Assembly (NCBI GenBank): GCA_964016885.1
Contig: OZ024740.1
Coordinates: forward strand, 82,212,001 to 82,276,000
Length of the DNA stretch: 64,000 nt
Source of the DNA: Eledone cirrhosa
Lineage: Eukaryota
Reading direction: 5' to 3'
The translations under genes were made by a program, and so were the position numbers. Of this stretch, positions 60,701-64,000 are shown piece after piece. Numbering within the stretch: position 1 is the stretch's first letter; every line of letters starts with the position of its first letter. Under the pieces are notes generated by a model. It was not told where the DNA came from, searched no databases, and saw nothing but the letters and a program-made list of their open reading frames with translations.

Positions 60701-61580
60701 TTAAACTTACCTATAGTAATAATTACCTAGATACATATGACCTTAGCAACCTGTGCCCTACAAGACCAGCAAGAGGCAGACCACCTACCATTACCTCAAT
60801 GGCCAAGAAAACCCACATAGATAGATGGAACGGGTGGACCAGAGCCATACGGACACCCGAAAACCACGATGAACTGAAGAAAATGATTGCACATGCGGTA
60901 GGGACCAGCATAAAACTAACCCTTAAGGAACATATGTTCAAATTTAATGGAAAAACATATGCCCAAGAGGAAGGAGCAGCCATTGGTGTTAGCATTGCAG
61001 GTGACATAGCTAACTTATTCATGGTATGGTGGGACAGTAGACTTAAACTTAAACTTAAAGAACAATTAGAAGACCTCTTAAACCTGATAATGTACTCCCG
61101 CTACGTTGATGATATAAACATCGTAGTTAAGACACCCCCACTAGAGAACAGTCAGGAACTAGAGAAAAACACAATGTAAAGCATCCAGCAAATAGCTAAC
61201 TCCATCCACCAAAGTATTAGAGTTACTATAGACTACCCAAGTAAACACCCCAACCATCGATTACCTGTACTAGACACAGAGCTCTGGTTAGATACCATTA
61301 ATAACAAAAAACAAATCCTCCATTCCCATTAGGCCAAACCCATGACTTCCAAACATCTGATCCCCGAAACTCGGCCGTTTCGGACCATACCAAAATCAAC
61401 ATACTGATTGCGGATTTGTTACGGGTGATGAGAAACGTGTCCCGCATGTGCAACCCCGAAGAACTAGAGAGACACATACAACACTTCATCCACCGTATGC
61501 AGTTCTCTGGCTACAATCATAGAGATAAAATTAGAGTGTATAGAGGAGCCAGAACCAAATGGGAAAAAATGGTAAATAAT

Positions 61581-61763
61581 TGTTTCTACGTTAGGCACAA
61601 GGCCAGCAATTACCCAGTGCCTTACTGGTACTTTATTTTATCGACCCCGTAAGGATGAAAGGCAAAGTTAACCTTGGCGGGATTTGAACTCAGAAAGGCA
61701 AGGGCCGTAACTCTATACGTCAAAGCATGGCGTCCAACCCTCTACCAATACTGCCAATCCACC
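61581..61763 (-). mobile_element. tRNA-derived SINE in PLE copy 2, TSD GGTAAATAAT
   Basis: Same site and TSD as 7444-7626 (TSD at 61571-61580 and 61764-61773). Confidence 0.88.
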
Positions 61764-62627
61764 GGTAAATAATGACATAAATGGGACCTGCCCTTTGTAC
61801 AGGAGCAAATTTTGGAATAGAATAGAAAGAACTAGGAACAAGGCTAATAGAATAAACTCATGGTATGATAGCAATAAATACCAGAGTGTAATGTTCATCG
61901 ATACAACCCCTAGAGGTGAATTAGCTTACAAATTTAGAAGGGCCCTAGATAAACATAAACTCAATATTAAGATAGTAGAAAAACCAGGTACCTCCGTAAA
62001 AAACACTTATTAGCAAGACATACCCTTTTCAAAGACCCTCATGTATAGATAAGAAATGTATAACCTGTAAAATAAGCCCCCATATTAACTGTAAAACTAG
62101 AAATGTAGTGTATAGCATAAGATGTACTGAAGGACAATGTAGAGACAAAAATATAGTGTACATATGTGAGACAGCCCGTAGCGTAGGGGAACGGATAAAT
62201 GAACACTGGCGAGACCTTCAAGATAGTAAAGAATCATCTGTATTCTACTAACATGCTAAAATAAAACACAAGGGTAAATTAGGGAACACAGAAATAAAAA
62301 TAGAATCTACACACAGAAAAGACGCAATGTTTAGACAAATCACAGAGGCAATAAACATAAAAGAATTACAACCAAAATTAAATAGAAAATATGATTGGAA
62401 CAGCAACATCACAACTTACAATTAAGGACAAAATGAAAACACACACACACATAGAACAAACAACCAACCAGTAACATGTAAATAAACAAATAAATAAATG
62501 AACATAAACACACACAGACACCCAGATGTGGCGCATGCGCAGACTGAGCACACAACACACACACAGAATCAAAATGGCGTAGGACAGAACAAAGGAGTGG
62601 CATAAAAAACAAAGAAAAGAATCCCTA

Positions 62628-62670
62628 GTCACTGAAGAGGTCACAGAGTGTGTGACGAAAGAACTATGAC
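62628..62670 (+). ncRNA. Type I hammerhead ribozyme in family A pLTR
   Basis: GTCA-CTGAAGA-GGTCAC(AGAGTGT)GTGAC-GAAAG-AA-CT-A-TGAC. Confidence 0.82.
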
Positions 62671-63277
62671 AATATATAAACAACTATCTGGTTGTGGAAC
62701 CAACCAACCAACCAGAAATTTATAAATTTATAAATTTATTATAATAAATTGAAGTGAAAGCACCTGGTGCGTGTGTTTCTCATTGGCAACATGACCCTCC
62801 CAAAGTATAACAATATATATATATATATGTATGTATAAACGGAACAAATGAAACGAAATTTAATTTCCCACTCTTAGTACGGCTGTTACTTAGATATAAG
62901 TAGGTATACGTACATATATATATGTATACAGACGTACAATAGTATGTATATATATATACATACATGCACACACATATATATATGTACGTATGGATTCACC
63001 GAACATTTATTATAATGCTCGGTGTGCTTGTAAACAAACATCCTGTATTAAGCCATAGTGTCTAGCAACCATCGTTGCTCGTTTGTTCAACGCTGACAAA
63101 GGAACGGTGTACTAGATTCAAGCTTATTAGCTATCGTCAGTAACGTATACCTTCCTGCCAGATGTATTGAACGTCTGAAAGTATATACTTTCCTCATATA
63201 TATTAACGGCTGAGCAGCCTAATTTGCATATCGAGTGGGTTAATCGGCCGGATGCACCGAAAACGATAAACGGAAAA

Positions 63278-63322
<45 letters not shown>

Positions 63323-63614
63323 TCCAATTAGTTTGCAAGGTTTTTTATATGAAATCGTGTGTCGAAACAAATATTGTTATACTTGGGGAGGGTCATATTT
63401 GTGTAATATTGCCAGAATTAAAAACAGAACACACTCACTGTTTGGTTGGTTTTCGCTTCTCGCTTCTGTGTCTTTTATATCGGTAATCTAACTTACTCGG
63501 TCCTCAATGTTGCCATTGACTGACCGACGGTCAAAAATAATACAGATACAATATAGACACAAACACATATAGTTTATCATAAATCTTTCGTATGTATATA
63601 TCAATATATATATG

Positions 63615-63706
<92 letters not shown>

Positions 63707-63752
63707 TAGACAAACAAATTATAAACGTAAACATGTAAGTATGTTTTTGAAA

Positions 63753-64000
63753 CGGTGCGCGAGTTTGAAATTAGAAATTAGAAGCTTTCACCGTATTTTA
63801 GACTAAAGAAATTTCTAGCCTGGTAGTGGGGTTTATAACCCTCGGATAAATGGAAAAAGATGAGTGTTGCCGTACATGTACGGCAACAGTCATCTTTTTC
63901 CATTTCTCCGAGGGTTATAAACCCCACTATCAGCCTAGAAATTTCTTTAGTCTAAAATACGGTGAAAGCTTTTAATTTCTAATTTCAAACTCGCGCACCG
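63753..64000. repeat. Near-perfect spacer-less palindrome centred at 63876/63877, probably extending beyond the window
   Basis: Centre GCCGTACATGTACGGC; 124-bp arms with few mismatches; the window ends in ...CGCGCACCG, mirroring CGGTGCGCG at 63753. Confidence 0.92.

Larger units (their letters stand above)
57782..62812 (+). mobile_element. Penelope-like element family A copy 2 (body 58551-62812), preceded by an inverted, divergently oriented copy of its 3' end/pLTR (57782-58548)
   Basis: ORF pieces from ~58597 (MFCCLRK) through 59536-60435, 60481-61179 (YSRYVDD) and GIY-YIG at ~62100-62370. HHRs at 57981-58023 (minus) and 62628-62670 (plus). Confidence 0.94.

Noticed and set aside
60430-61335. 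Shared in-frame stops as selenocysteine or A-to-I recoding sites
   Set aside because: The stops are TAA/TAG, not TGA, and where a homolog is visible (35.8 kb copy) they align with E and Y, not W or C; ordinary nonsense mutations.

Overview
AT-rich animal (eukaryotic) genomic DNA; the tRNA-SINE family and dense (TA)n/(CA)n tracts resemble cephalopod DNA (inference). No host gene can be supported. The window is a nested pile of transposons separated by (TA)n microsatellites. It holds at least four families of Penelope-like retroelements (PLEs; RT + GIY-YIG endonuclease, pLTRs), about 24 recognisable hammerhead-ribozyme (HHR) motifs, an internally deleted mariner, a Tigger/pogo with a nested MITE, three copies of a tRNA-SINE, RTE LINE remnants and the N-terminus of a Helitron. 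Most notable: (1) an endonuclease-bearing PLE family has a separate upstream coiled-coil ORF1 joined to RT by an in-phase U_UUU_UUA -1 slippery site, conserved in two diverged copies (gag-pol-like expression); (2) several unrelated HHR families carry a compensatory U3-A8 core, and others have very large stem II inserts; (3) ORF-less tandem or palindromic HHR repeats resemble retrozymes; (4) a dead, SINE-interrupted PLE occurs twice with different junctions. All alignments and folds were done by eye, so boundaries are approximate.
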